NCBI GenBank assembly: GCA_964106645.2
Contig: OZ067040.1
DNA length: 64,000 nt
Reading direction: 5' to 3' (one strand)
Source of the DNA: Podarcis pityusensis
Taxonomy: Eukaryota
Part shown: positions 37,840 to 51,149 of the stretch, in pieces
Layout of the letters: each line of letters opens with the position of its first letter
Position numbering within the stretch: position 1 is the first letter of the stretch
The notes under the pieces: generated by a model
Told to the model about the DNA's origin: nothing
The model's input: only the letters and a program-made list of their open reading frames with translations
Databases searched by the model: none
Program-made: the position numbers and the translations under genes

Positions 37840-39476
37840 CTAGAGTAAAACATGGATTAACAATGGAAAATTAAGCATCTAACACACTTTATTTGGAAAA
37901 GTTTAAGCCACCTGCTTCACACAGCTAAAAACTGTAGCTGAGTCATTTGTTCTTGATGTTCTGAAGCATACAGACATACAAAATTGCCCGATATCAAGTT
38001 AGAATATTGGGTCCATCAAACTCAGCATTGTCCATTTGGACTGGAAAGCTTGCGCAAAACTATGTCTTGGGTACAGGCATCTCCCAGAGCTGCTACCAAA
38101 GATCCCTTAACAGGAGATGCCAGTGATTAAATTTAGTATGTTAGATATACAAAGCATATGCTGTGCCACTAATCTAAGGGCCCTCATTGATTTGAAGGGA
38201 CACAGAACAGATTATTCACAGTTTTAGGTGCAACAAAATATCTTAGTCATTTGCACAGGCTTCTAAACTTCTGCTTGTCTGATTCAATATAAATTGTCTA
38301 TATTTCAATTATCTATACTACACCCTTGGGTTTACCAGTACTAATTGATGGGATGCAAAAATGTATGGGAAGAAACAGTAAATAATGGGTTAATATACAT
38401 ATTTTCTGAAAAGTCACATGGCAGATTTTGCTACATCAAAAAAAATCAAAGAAAACTAACCATGCCTACCATATCATTCTCTCAATTTCCAATGTTGAGG
38501 AATGAGTGTGGTTGCAACTATAACTTATATAGTCAAAACTCAGAGGAACTTTTGCAGAAGTACAAAAAAACAAAGTGGAGGATTCCCAAAACAGCCCAGT
38601 TAGGGCTAGGTATGTACAATGCCTACAAATGTTGGCTGGCTGCTGGAGGAGGGGGAAAGGGGAACAAGCACTGTTAACATTTTGTTGCAGATTACACTTG
38701 CATTACATTTTTTGATTTTCATCTATAAAAATCTGCCAAGTGAGCAATCAGAAAGATTTTACACAGAAATGCCAGTTCCCAATATTGACATAGTGTAGAC
38801 CATGAAACAGAAAACAGGACAGACAAGGCTATTCAGATATAGCCTTGACTTTCTTCCCAATGCAAACAGGCTAAAAACAAGTTAAGGAATTGCAAAGCCC
38901 AAATCACTTTGGATAGATGACAGGAATTCATTGTCTTCCTTGAATGGATGCTTTTACTTTCCCTCCAATAAATGAATTGCTACTGGAAATGCTATACTCT
39001 GGGGGCAACCCTTTGGGGGATAAACTTGCCCATTACCCAATACTGGACGACCAGGCTATCACTGATAGGGAAGGCATAAATAACTCTTTTGCCTCATAAA
39101 AGCAGCACAAAGTTATGGTGCAGGTAAAGTTTGTTGTAAACATTCCCCCCCCCAAAAAAAAAACCCGGGTCTAAGGGGCATCAGGAGAATACAATGCAAA
39201 AATGTGCTTTTCTTTCTAGTCATATATTGACCAAAGGCTTTGGGTCAGGGAAGCATTTATAACTTCCTCAGGGCCTAACAAGTACTTGGGGGAGGCGGTC
39301 GGGGTGAACAGGAGGGGCAAGATTTTTATTTTTATTCAACTGAAACCAGTGGTGCTATTACTATCGGTTTCTCTCACAGCTCTTATGCAAGCCAATCTCC
39401 TTACAGTTGAAGGTATTACAACTGTGAAATCTGCTATAGAATAAGGTATTTACAACAGTGTATTGCAGGAGTAAGT

Positions 39477-39611
39477 CAGGCACCCCAAACTCAGCCCTCC
39501 AGCTGTTTTGGGACTACAACTCCCAACATCCCTAGCTAACAGGACCAGTAGTCAGGAATGATGGGAATTGTAGTCCCAAAACATCTGGAGGGCCGAGTTT
39601 GGGGACGCCTG
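39477..39611. mobile_element. Short palindromic hAT-like MITE
   Basis: CAGGCACCCCAAACTC / GAGTTTGGGGACGCCTG ends, nearly whole-length hairpin, TSD-like gagtaagt/ttgtaagt. Confidence 0.8.
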
Positions 39612-39871
39612 TTGTAAGTGCTAGACTTTCTCTCCTTTTCTCTTCACAACTGACAAGCAAGAGGTTGTGCAAAAAGACCTGTCTTCTACAGCTAGTCATT
39701 TCTTATCAGCCTATGTAGATGGATATAAAGGCAAGTATGAGCTCTAATGCTCCCCCTATAGGACTCTTAAGATTCTTCAAATGATAGAAGATGCTTTAGA
39801 TATTGCCTACATAAATTTGCTTATAAGACAAGCTTTGAGAAAAGATGCATGCATAATAGTATGGCACCCAC

Positions 39872-40018
39872 CAAGAAGTATTTCTTGCTTTTTGGGGTAT
39901 ATTCAGGATCCCATTCCTCCTCCTTCGGTCTCTTTTGAAAAGTAGTGTTTGAGTTGCTGGGACCAGTATTTGTTCCAGCAAACACGCCTCTGGCTCTTCC
40001 TCTGCCCCTAATTCGAAA
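39872..40018 (-). CDS. BCLAF1: BCLAF1 147-nt exon ([11 protein letters not shown]...[17 protein letters not shown])
   Basis: ggttaatcag acceptor, TTG|gtgggt donor, symmetric phase 0. Confidence 0.95.
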
Positions 40019-42712
40019 CTGATTAACCAAAGCATTTATGCATTTAATTTGTTTACACAAAGCAAATGATAAATTCCTAATGCATGAACTAATATGCTTT
40101 GTTATCATTCATCAGATAATACCACACACAAATGAAGTGGCTTATGGATCAATCTACAGAATTTAACTGCCACTTTAAGGTAATGGCATTCTAGCTAGCA
40201 GAAGAGCGTTTACATATTTTTTTAAAAAGGGGCGTATCCAAGATAACACTTTGAAAAAGTAGTATATGATAGTGAGAAATTTCTAATGTCTAGTAGTCCA
40301 TAGAAAACACAAAATTCAGCAATTTTTGCTGGTGCTTCTAGTTCTCCAAAGAAGCAGCTTAAAAGCCTAGCTTTGAAGGATGGAGAAATTAAACACATGT
40401 GTTCGGGAGTTACTGTTCTCTTACTGCACATTACATTGAACAATCAAAGTCTGGTGGTCTAGAATATTCAACATAAAAAGCAAGAAAGGAGAAAAAGTAA
40501 GAGACATGGAAAGAGCCTAGATTTTTTAAAATGCATTTTAACTGAAATAGCACAACAGAGATGTAATAGGAAAAATACTTTCAAGTAACTTTAAAAAAGT
40601 AGCATTAAAAAACAGTCTTGACCTTTTTCTAGTTGCTGGCATGGCAAGACCCACAGTTCTGTCCAAGTCATAGCTGCCTTTCAATGTTTCATACACTATC
40701 CCATATAGAAGGCTCATTTATAACAGGAACTATATGGCACAATATTACTTACACCAAAAACATTAAATGATTATGTATTCACTCAAAGCCATTAACTAAG
40801 GTATAAACCACATTAAGTAACTAATTTGAAGATTTTGGAAAATGGACTTTGGTAACATTTCTGAAAAGATAAAAAGATTGTGGTGTAGTTTTGAAGCAGA
40901 TGTGGAGGAACAACTGCTATAAGGAAGAAAAGAATAGGTTGCCTGAAGCTTAGGTTCTTAAATGTACATAATACATTTATATTAAGTATGTAAATTCCAA
41001 GTCTAATATATAATATGGGTAAACAGAATTTTCATACAGGATTGCATTGCTAGGGCAAGTGCATTGTATTCCCCTTTAAGTCCACTCACATCATGTGAAG
41101 AAAACAAACCAAATTATTGGGCGCCAATTAAGAGTCTGCTGAAAGACCAGCAACTTCCGGCTCTTCTTTCCCAAATCTTTCAATTCCAGCTGGTCATTAC
41201 AAGAAACTCAAGTACATGAGCTTGTTTCCTCACCCCCCTTCAAACCCCTTTTGCTTCTGTGTGTCTCTCTTTCGATCTAAAGCCCAAGGGCAAGGACTAC
41301 CTTTCTGATGATTTTTGTAAGTCACACCAGAGCCTTTTTTTTTTATGAAGAGCAGAATAAAAATACTTTAAAGAAATAAAAGAAAGCACCACTAAATCAT
41401 CTCTCTCTAATATACTTATTTGCCACCAAGTAATAGTGTTTCTTAAAATTTAAAACTGGACACACCCTCAATAATAATAACCAGTCCCAATTCCATCTTC
41501 CCATTTAAACTACTAAGCTGTTAAAATGTTGCTTTATATTTCACAGCATACATGTCATTCCATAACAAGAATGTTATATATCCCTTTATTGTTGATTATA
41601 TTCTTGTGTAACTTCTTAGGTCACTTTTTACAAATACTGGTTGCTCACAGTCCAATTGAACATAAGAATTTCTTGTAATTCTTTAAAGTACTTTGCCCTA
41701 CTTTAGGTACCCTTGATAAACTGTAATATTTTACTATTAAGAATTTAGCTATCCTACCCTATTCTGAAACAATGAAACCATAAGCACAGCAAAGAAGAGA
41801 GCAAACAACAAGCCAACTCTGGATTATTTAAATCTTGCAGTTTTAAGGGCCTCAGGATTTTGGCATTTGCAATTAATGGGCATTACTTAACTGTGACTAC
41901 GTGTCACACAAAACCAACACCTTACTAGTGAAGTTTGGGTTGGGTAGAAGTAATCCATTATTCGATTTGGCCTGCAATGAGATGTAGGCAGTAAAAATGC
42001 ATCTTGCTCTTCCCCATAAAGAACTCTCTCATCCCATTTTAAAGCACATGATACTATCCAGAGTGTAATGAACTTTAGCCCAATACAAATAAGGCAACTG
42101 CTTTAAAATTGTATACACCTGTCTCTCATGCCAATCTCAAATAATGGATGACTTGGCTCCTTATTTGTCACTGAACATGAAAGCCCAGATGGCACTGTTT
42201 TCTCTTGTAGTCACACATTACTCTGGTTAATTTGGTCCCTCCTGCTCAAAACACTGCTCATGATTAAAAAGAGACTAGAAATACAAAAAAGTAAAACAAA
42301 GAATATGGACAAAGGAATACACACAGCAGAAAAACTTACTCCTTAATTAAGTATCACCAACAAGGTAGAATATTCTGTGAGAAAATTCACAATCAACTTT
42401 TCAAACACTTAAAATCATGACTACCAAGCATATGTGCAAGCTAATGGTAGAACAGAATAGGAAACACCGCAGGTGTGGCTAGATGTTTATTGTGCATATT
42501 TTTATTATTTTAAGCCAAAAAAGATAAATATATCCCTATCTAGGATAGGATTTTATATATTTCCTCCTTGCAAACTACATTTCCAGCAGGAACTTCTTCA
42601 AAATGCACTTCCATAATATTTCACATAAAACAACTAAACCCTAATAATTTGAATGCAGTTATTACAATTATGACTTTTTTTAAAAAACAGGAAAAGTATG
42701 GTAGAAACTCAC

Positions 42713-42893
42713 AAATGTGCCTCTAGGTCTTCCAACTCCTGTAAAACCTGGGTATTCTTTCTGCTCGTGATGGGGTTTAAATTCTTCATCTCTTTCTTTC
42801 TTGCTGTCCTTTTCTTCTCGGGAACTGGATGAGGAGGAAGATGGGGAGGAAGTTGAGGAAGATCGAGAACGGTCTTGCTCTCTTTTTTGTTTA
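42713..42893 (-). CDS. BCLAF1: BCLAF1 exon (KQKREQDRSRSSST...GRPRGTF)
   Basis: ttattttcag acceptor, TTT|gtgagt donor, 181 bp. Confidence 0.95.
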
Positions 42894-43595
42894 CTGAAAA
42901 ATAAGAAACCATACTGTTTGCTGTAGCATCCTATACATAGGATTTATTTTCTGTGCCCATAGAAGCTATCCTCTTTTCTTGTTTGAATCTAACGTGCAGT
43001 ATTATTACACTATCCAGTTTCCGTCTATAACTCTTTAACAGCTAATGGCTCATAGCACCTAACAAGGAGAACCTATTAGCCAGCAAACTAATTTAAATAT
43101 ATATGCATGCTTTACAATGGAAGAGAGAATAAAAGGTAGGGGGAAATCCCCAAGGGTAAAATTCTAAAGTGATACTATTTCATTTATTTTGTACATCTTA
43201 CCAAGAAGCAAAAATTGATATTGCCTTTTTGCTATATAAACCCAGGGTGCAGAAATAATCAGCAACTGATGGTTGTATGGACATCAGTGTAAGAAAGTAA
43301 ACAGAAAGTGCAAGTAAATCCATGATTATGTAAGTAAGAGCAGGAAAATATGATCTTCACATTCAATTTCCCCAAAGCAAATACATTTGGCATTGATTTT
43401 ACAGTTTTTATAGACTATAATACAAATCCCCAAAGGTAGATATACCTGAAGTAATTCTTATCACTGCTACAAGTTCACATTGAGTAAGTTGCTTTATTAA
43501 AGACTAACCTGTTCCTCTGAGCCCACTATCTGTCTTGAGGGGGGGAAATAACTCTCACCCCCCCCTTTCCCACATTAAGCCTACATGTCAGTAAA

Positions 43596-43869
43596 NNNNN
43601 NNNNNNNNNNNNNNNNNNNNNNNNNNNNNNNNNNNNNNNNNNNNNNNNNNNNNNNNNNNNNNNNNNNNNNNNNNNNNNNNNNNNNNNNNNNNNNNNNNNN
43701 NNNNNNNNNNNNNNNNNNNNNNNNNNNNNNNNNNNNNNNNNNNNNNNNNNNNNNNNNNNNNNNNNNNNNNNNNNNNNNNNNNNNNNNNNNNNNNNNNNNN
43801 NNNNNNNNNNNNNNNNNNNNNNNNNNNNNNNNNNNNNNNNNNNNNNNNNNNNNNNNNNNNNNNNNNNNN
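43596..43869. other. Assembly gap (274 N)
   Basis: run of N inside a BCLAF1 intron. Confidence 0.99.
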
Positions 43870-43958
43870 GTACAGTGATAACTGAAAGCAATTAAGCTTA
43901 TAATTACAAAAGTCTAATTAGAAGCTAAAAGCCTAGTTATGGGAGCTAAGCCTTTTAC

Positions 43959-44134
43959 CTGTCATCTTTGTAAGATTTATAATCCTTGTAATCCTTTGGA
44001 ATTTTCTCCTGCTTCCTTGATCCACTGGATTCCCTGGAACCTTTAGAGTCTCCTCGTTCTTTACTTCTTTCTTTTCTACGACGGTCGATGTCATGTCGAA
44101 GATCTGCAGCATCACACTTTAATTTTTTATCTCC
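43959..44134 (-). CDS. BCLAF1: BCLAF1 exon (GDKKLKCDAADLRHDIDRRRKERSKER...YKDDS)
   Basis: ctgatccag acceptor, CAG|gtaaaa donor, 176 bp; DLRHDIDRRRK motif. Confidence 0.96.
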
Positions 44135-44953
44135 CTGGATCAGAAATGTGCAGTGTTTTAGTATTAAAAACCCTTAAGAGAATGAAATAGGAAATCAACC
44201 TCTTTGCATGCAATCCTATACATACTTTCCTGTAAGTAAATCATAATGAACCTAGTGGGAATACATCTAAATAAACAGGCATAGAATTCCATTGTTACCC
44301 AGCTATGTAAGCGATATTCCCTTTCCCAATAGCTCTTTTGCACATTTAGTAGAATGATCTTTCACAGAAGAGAGTAAACTTGCTTGAATTGGGACTGAGA
44401 AGTTATTCTTACAAAAAGAAAGCAGACCTGAAAGAAGCTTTCAAGTGTTATCCAGGAACAAAACTTCAATATAACAACATCTTTAACAATTACGAGGACA
44501 GTCTAAAGAAAAGTTTATTTTACATTCTTCGTGGATAACATTGGTAATTAATGGATTGAAGCCAGAGGTAGGATACCACTCGTGAAACAGGGCTTTCTGG
44601 ATATCACACCCCCACCCACCCCCACTTAAAAGAAAAAAAAACTGCTCCTGAGAGTGAAAGACTTTAGTGCGACTGGCAAATTCGAGAATTAAGCAAATTC
44701 AGAGAATCCATTGTCTATTTTTCTAAGAACAAAAAGTACAGTAATCCTTTTGTGTCAAAGTGATAAAATGTCACAATTAGATTACACAAAACTGGTCCAC
44801 TGAATCCTTCGAAAATGATCAGAACTAGGTCAGACCTATTATCACTTAAGACATAAAATGATAAAAGCACAATTTGTAAAACATGCCTCTTGGATAAAGG
44901 GCTTGGATGCTTTAAACCAAAACTAAAATTAAGAATATCAATTTAGAACCTAC

Positions 44954-45038
44954 TTTCTGAGTTTCTTCTTTAAAGGCTCTCTCTTCTCCCGCTAAACGGG
45001 TATGCTTCCTCAGGGCACTTGGAGAGATGTCAATCCTC
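44954..45038 (-). CDS. BCLAF1: BCLAF1 exon (RIDISPSALRKHTRLAGEERAFKEETQK)
   Basis: cttgcatttag acceptor, AAA|gtaggt donor, 85 bp. Confidence 0.95.
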
Positions 45039-47345
45039 CTAAATGCAAGATTTTTAAAAGTAATAATTATGGCTGCCAACATTCATCTCTGTCAAGTGGA
45101 AAACTGGAAACACAAAAGAAGAAGTGCCATTGTGCAGTCTAAAATTGAACCCATTTAAAAGTACAGATACATCTCAAGAATAAAACCCATAGACCTACCA
45201 GTCAAATCAAAATAACAACAGCTACACATTTCCACGAAGTTAAACCAACAGCAGTATTCAAAAACCACATAATGCAACATTTTCTTTCAGGGGCAATTTC
45301 AAACTAGAAAATTCAAATGCCTTTTTACATTAACAATACACAGACATAGCAACTCCACACAGAGAAAAACAAAACCTGTAGTTCATTTGACAGGTATCAT
45401 CATTCACTTAAACACACATAGCTAGAGTTAGGGAGTAATGTTTTATATCCTATTTAACTTTTTGCAAACTTAGGCCTTGAGTCAAAGAGCTGTATATCAG
45501 AGAGAGCCCCAGCGAGAATTCTAATTCTCTTTGAGCAATTGCCCTGTATGTACTTTTGTAACTACATACAGTTTGTGATACAGTACAGAGGATAGCTATG
45601 GAAAAAGCACATATAGTTCCCTTTGCTCTTTGTATCCTGGCCATAAAGTTTCATATCCCCTCCCCAACAGGCCCAGGCCATCCATTAGCTATGCTGAGAC
45701 CTTCTCTTCAGATGGCAGACTGAGAAGAGTAGCATATTCACACACTGTCCCTCAGTCTGGTCATCCTTCTATTTAGCACTCAAGGAGTTTCTACAAGGCT
45801 TTTAACTGGAACTGGGTCACCCAGCCTTGTTCTAAGGAAGAGTAAGCAGTTTAAAGTTTAAAAGTAGTACACTGTTAAATTTAAAAGGTATTTGCTGGCT
45901 GCCATGGGAATGGTACACTGGGAAGCAGTGCTGGCTGTGCCCTCAGGTACCAGGAAATTTTGTGCTGGTCCTGCCAATATACACAATTACCATTTAAACT
46001 GAATGAAGCATTTATTGATTTACTTACAATATTTCTATACTGCCCATCAACAAAAAATTCTCTGGGCAGTTTACATATAGAAGTTAAGCTATGAAATGTA
46101 AAAATAGAAGAAAGACATAAAATATTAATCAATTAAAACAGCATCAGAAAACAACAATAGTGCACAGAACTTAAAAATACACTAAATCTAAACGACATTT
46201 GAAAATAAAAAAGTATTCATTTGGCACCAAAAATACCACAACCTTTTTGGAGATAACAGTCTACAACTGGGGCCTCACCACTAAAAAGATCCTTTACCCA
46301 GTGGCCACCCACCTCACTTCATTGGGTGGGAGCACCTACAGACAGACCTCTGAAGATGATCTTGGGGTCCAGGTACATCTACACGGGAGGAGACTATCTT
46401 CAGTCAATACCAACACTGGGCCCAGAAATTGACTAGGAGTCAGTGCAGTTAACAAAGCATTGGTGTTCTTTTTGTCCTATTTTAAACCAGCTGGATTTTT
46501 TGGACTGTTTTCTAAGGCAACTCCATATATATCTCATTGTGGTATTCCTACTGCTTGCCTTTCAGAACTGCACTGTAAACAGGCCTTTATACATCTGGAA
46601 AGGTTCAGCTAAATAACACTGAGAATACAGTGGTGAACATAATTTTTTAATTTAGCAGCAACACTCCCACAGAATAATCTCAATAGAATGATCAGGTCTC
46701 AGCACAAGTCTTCATTTCTCTGCATTTAAGCTGTCTCCCATCTTGTTTAATTGCCCTCACCATAACCATAACCATAATAATATCCTGCTTCTTCCCCAGA
46801 AACAGGTATCAGTATAGCTATATACCAAATGCTGCCCAGGTTCTGCTAAGGAGAAGGACACCTGGGCACTATGATGTCAACTGCCAAGTCATCTCCATAT
46901 TCTACAGAGCAACTAAGGCTTCAACAGCAGTGCCAAACATACCAGAAGTCCTACAGAGCCCCCATTAGTCTTCAGGGGTGACCCATTTCAATAGGTCTCC
47001 ATCCATTCACAGGGGGGAAATCTAAACCTCAAGAGGAAGTAACCATGACAAGGGATTCATGTTAAATTCCCCACTTTCAAATCTCCAACCTCCTGCCTTT
47101 TTGAAAGAAAGAAAAACCCAATCAGGAGTGTGTCCTGTTACAGAAACATTTTCAATTCATGAAACATTTTTTTATTATTACCAGACTTTAACAATTAAGT
47201 ATGTATCACATCTGATCTGGCAATTTCCCCCAATAATTTCTTCTCCATAAGGAACTTGTTGTTTCACTAAGAAGTTACTTATCTTTTGGAGAGTAACTAG
47301 TATTTCAGCTCAGCAAGAAGCAGAGAAAATTATGTAATACTGCAC

Positions 47346-47451
47346 CTGTGTATTTCAGGACTCTTTTGCCGGGTGCTATGTTCTTCAGTAGACTTCTGAT
47401 AAGCAGTGAACCTCTCACTTAGGGTCATTCCAGCTGACTTGAAATATTGTT
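47346..47451 (-). CDS. BCLAF1: BCLAF1 exon (EQYFKSAGMTLSERFTAYQK...KSPEIHR)
   Basis: caaccaacag acceptor, CAG|gtgcag donor, 106 bp; THRAP3/BCLAF1 domain. Confidence 0.95.
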
Positions 47452-50400
47452 CTGTTGGTTGCAGAGGACAAATACTGTCTAATTTCACTACACACACACA
47501 CACACACACATACATATATATAATACCAAACAAGGATGTAAAAGAAGCAAATGAATTCTTAAAATATACAAGACACAAAAATAACATTTGTCCCCACATC
47601 TTTCTCAAAGTACAGCAACAGGTAACCATTGTATTTTACAATTTTCTCTACACATACACTCTGCCCAGTACGACTACGAATTAAAAAAAAAATAACTTTT
47701 TAATGCCGGAGACAGTTCTTTTTGCCAAACATTTTTGCTTTGTGCCCAGAAGAGCAGAATACATTGCTGTATTTGTAGAGGAAAATATTACAAATTTAAA
47801 GAGAGCTTATTTGGTTATTTAATTAATTGATAGATAGATATAGAGCTAAGTGTTCTTCATTAATGTTGTAACCCTACACACGTTTATATTAGCGTAAGCC
47901 CTCTTAAATTCACTTGGACTCATTTCTAAGTAAACATATATAAAATAAAGATATAGGAGGTTTTTTCCTTAAAAGAAACACAACTTCTTCTTTTCAGACC
48001 AGAATGAAGACCTTAACAGCTGAATATATTTAAACATCTGGCATCTTGGCAAACTTGGTAGCATATTTAAAAGTTTCCTTTTTTTAACCCAAGACCATAA
48101 AATTAGTAACACACATTACATTTTGAAAGACCAGTTCAACAGATGTTTGAATGTAAATGTAAAATAGAAACACGTGTAAAATTATAACGGACTGTTAAAT
48201 GCTACAAATAAAGCAAGCTATCCGCTTAACAGGTCAATGTACATCTGTATCAACTTACCGCCCAACATCCAGCACATCTCTCATAACCAATCATTAAAAC
48301 TTGATATGGCCACTACAAGGGTAGTGCCTCAATCATAATTCCATCAAACACAGGAATTTGAGCTAGCAACTCAGTTTTTGTGCCATTTTTGCCAGGAAGA
48401 TAGAAGGTTCAACTTTGCCTGTTTGTGCATCTGTTATCTTTCAACAGCTATTTTACTTTTGTAATATGGATTTTGCCATTTCAAAACACATTCCAGGACC
48501 TAGTTGCAATGAAAAAGAAAATATCACTGGGCATTTTCAGCTCTAGGAAAGTGAAGAGCTGTTTAGTCTAGCTGCATTGCACCAATAATGTAAAATTACT
48601 ACTATGCTTTTACCAAAACTCGATCAACAGGTTTTGTTTTGTTTTTTCAAGTGTGTAAAAAGATTGAAATACCTTCGGAAACAAATTATGATTTAGACAC
48701 AGCACTAATTTGGTCACAGATTAGTGATATCTGGTCAAATTGTGTATTTTATATATTCACTGGAACCATTCAATTTAAATGATCTCTTTAGCTAGCATAA
48801 TGTCAGGGATTTCATAATTTGGTAAAACATTTTCTGGGTAGGGAAGCTTATTAAGATTTGTTTTGCAGTTCTCAAATTGGCATGAATTGAAAATGTTTAG
48901 AAGATCAGCTGACAACTACAGTCGATGTACAAATATAACACAAGACATACAGAAATGCAACTTTCTATCTAGGCCAAGATAAATACTTCATTCTAAGGGT
49001 GACATGCAATGATGTACACCCACTTGCATAAAGAAAATTTGCTTATGCAATATGACTACTGGTTTCTCTTCTCCACCCTCCAGCTACTTGCAGCTCCAAA
49101 ATCTGCTCAAGGGTCCCCCAACTCGCCAGGGCAGATTTGGGGGCATGCAAGGGAGAGAAGGAGAAGAAGATGGCTTGTTACGAGAACAAATGCTGGCTCT
49201 TGCTATGTTGGATCTCATCCTATAGTAGGCAAAAAAATCAATTGTCTGCTCCTCCCTTGATGAACAATTAGCAACATCTAAGTTAGTACAGTGAGAGAAA
49301 TAAAAGCATAAGAAAATGAATTTTCAGTAACTTTATTATAATATTGTGCCCCATGTTGCATAACTGTTAGAGATCTGGTCAATCAGTCCATATACTATGT
49401 TATTTTCAATATTTTCACCAGCAAAGTCACATCTTTGAAATTCTTCATGATTTATTACTATTATAACAAAACTAGCTGTTCCTCAAGAAAAAGCAACATA
49501 AAGCAGAAAATTTAGGGTGGTATTTAACTACATTCTTGAAATAGCAAAATGAAACCCCCTCTTCTCCCCCATCACCCCCAAATCTGCTCTGGAGGGCTGG
49601 GGGAACTCCAGAACAGATTACATGGGTGCACAGGGGAAGAACATACCATTGCAAAAGGAGAAATCCTTACACCAACAGAATGTTCACATTAGTGCTACAC
49701 TGAACACAACCCAAAATCTGTCCTTAATCAAGATGTCCTGCAGTTGATATTTGCTGAGCTTGAGTGATGGTGCCTTCCAATGAATACATTTGGCAGACCC
49801 ACTATTCGAACTAAAGTATATGCATGTGGAAATGTTAGGAAAACAGCTATACATATCAGTAATATTAGATAAGAGAATTAACTGTAGCTAAGCAATAAAG
49901 CACATATTTTGCAAGCTCAAGGTTCCATATTGAATCCCAGGCCTCTCAAGTTAAAAAGAGGAGTAGGTAACACGAAAGACCTCTGATTGTTACACAAAAC
50001 CATACTGGGCTAAGTAGACAAAAAGTCTGACCAAAATGAAGGCAGCTACCTATGCTCTCTTCCCAAATGCCTACTTCACCAGGGGGGAAACCCCAATGGC
50101 TAACATCTCTAGACTTATACTTAAACACATTCAGCTAGTGTTTTGCAAACACAGCCACATGCCTCTGGCTGCAACTGAAAATCTTCCCCTTCTAATCCCA
50201 GCTTGATTCAAATATATGACTGAGCAATGTCATATGTGGATGCTTTTGTTTTGTTTTGTTTTGTTGGATTTGGAGGTAGGTCTTGGGACTTGCCTACACC
50301 AAGTAGCAGCTTTCTAGCTAGCAAGTAAGAGCTATCACCATTTTGAGGAGAAACTTAGAAATCTATTAGTAACCAGGGTGTCTTTAAATATCTATTTCTA

Positions 50401-51149
50401 GAAGAATATCATTTGAATCAGTCAGGCAATCCCAATCAGCTTTAAATATAACTAATTTAAATGCAACTCATTTAATTACAAAATAAGAAAAGTGCTAACA
50501 CACTGAAATCTAACTAAGATTGGCTTCAGTGCACTGTTCCTTGTACATGTAACAGCTAGGCTACAGCCTGGCCTCCAACTTGCCATTCCATCTTTCACTT
50601 TACAGGTGGTCCAGTGCACTGAGGCTGGGGTTATAATGTCTGTCTGTGCCCCCTGTACTTCCAAGTACATCAGATTGCTCTTACCCATAGTGTTTAGTAG
50701 ATCTGCTCCTATGCACAGAAAGGGTAACATCCAAGACCACAGTTCCAACTGTGTAATATATTTCTTTGTACAATCAAACTTCCCCTTCCTCTCTTCCCAC
50801 TTTTAGCTCCCACACCCCTCAAATCTGCTTGATAGTTCAGAGACCTTTCAGAGAAGATCTGCAGAGGGCAACAGGGTGGAGAAGAGAAATAGGAAGTCCC
50901 ACTGAGCAAGTGGAAGTCCACTCACATGACAATGGAGGTCACTCAGAGAGTTCATGGGACTATGGAGGGGGCACACTGGGGGATTTTATATGACATTATT
51001 CATATTCATCTCAAAATAGAGTATGCAACTATGGAGAGGAGCATGCATTCCATTTGCCCACTGGGGCTATGCAATGCTGTGTGTCTCTGGATTCCCAAAC
51101 AACTAATGATTTTGAAGTTCAGCCCTGTACAGGTACCTAAGGACAACTA

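Noticed and set aside
43526-43891. ORFs spanning X residues
   Set aside because: Artefact of the N gap
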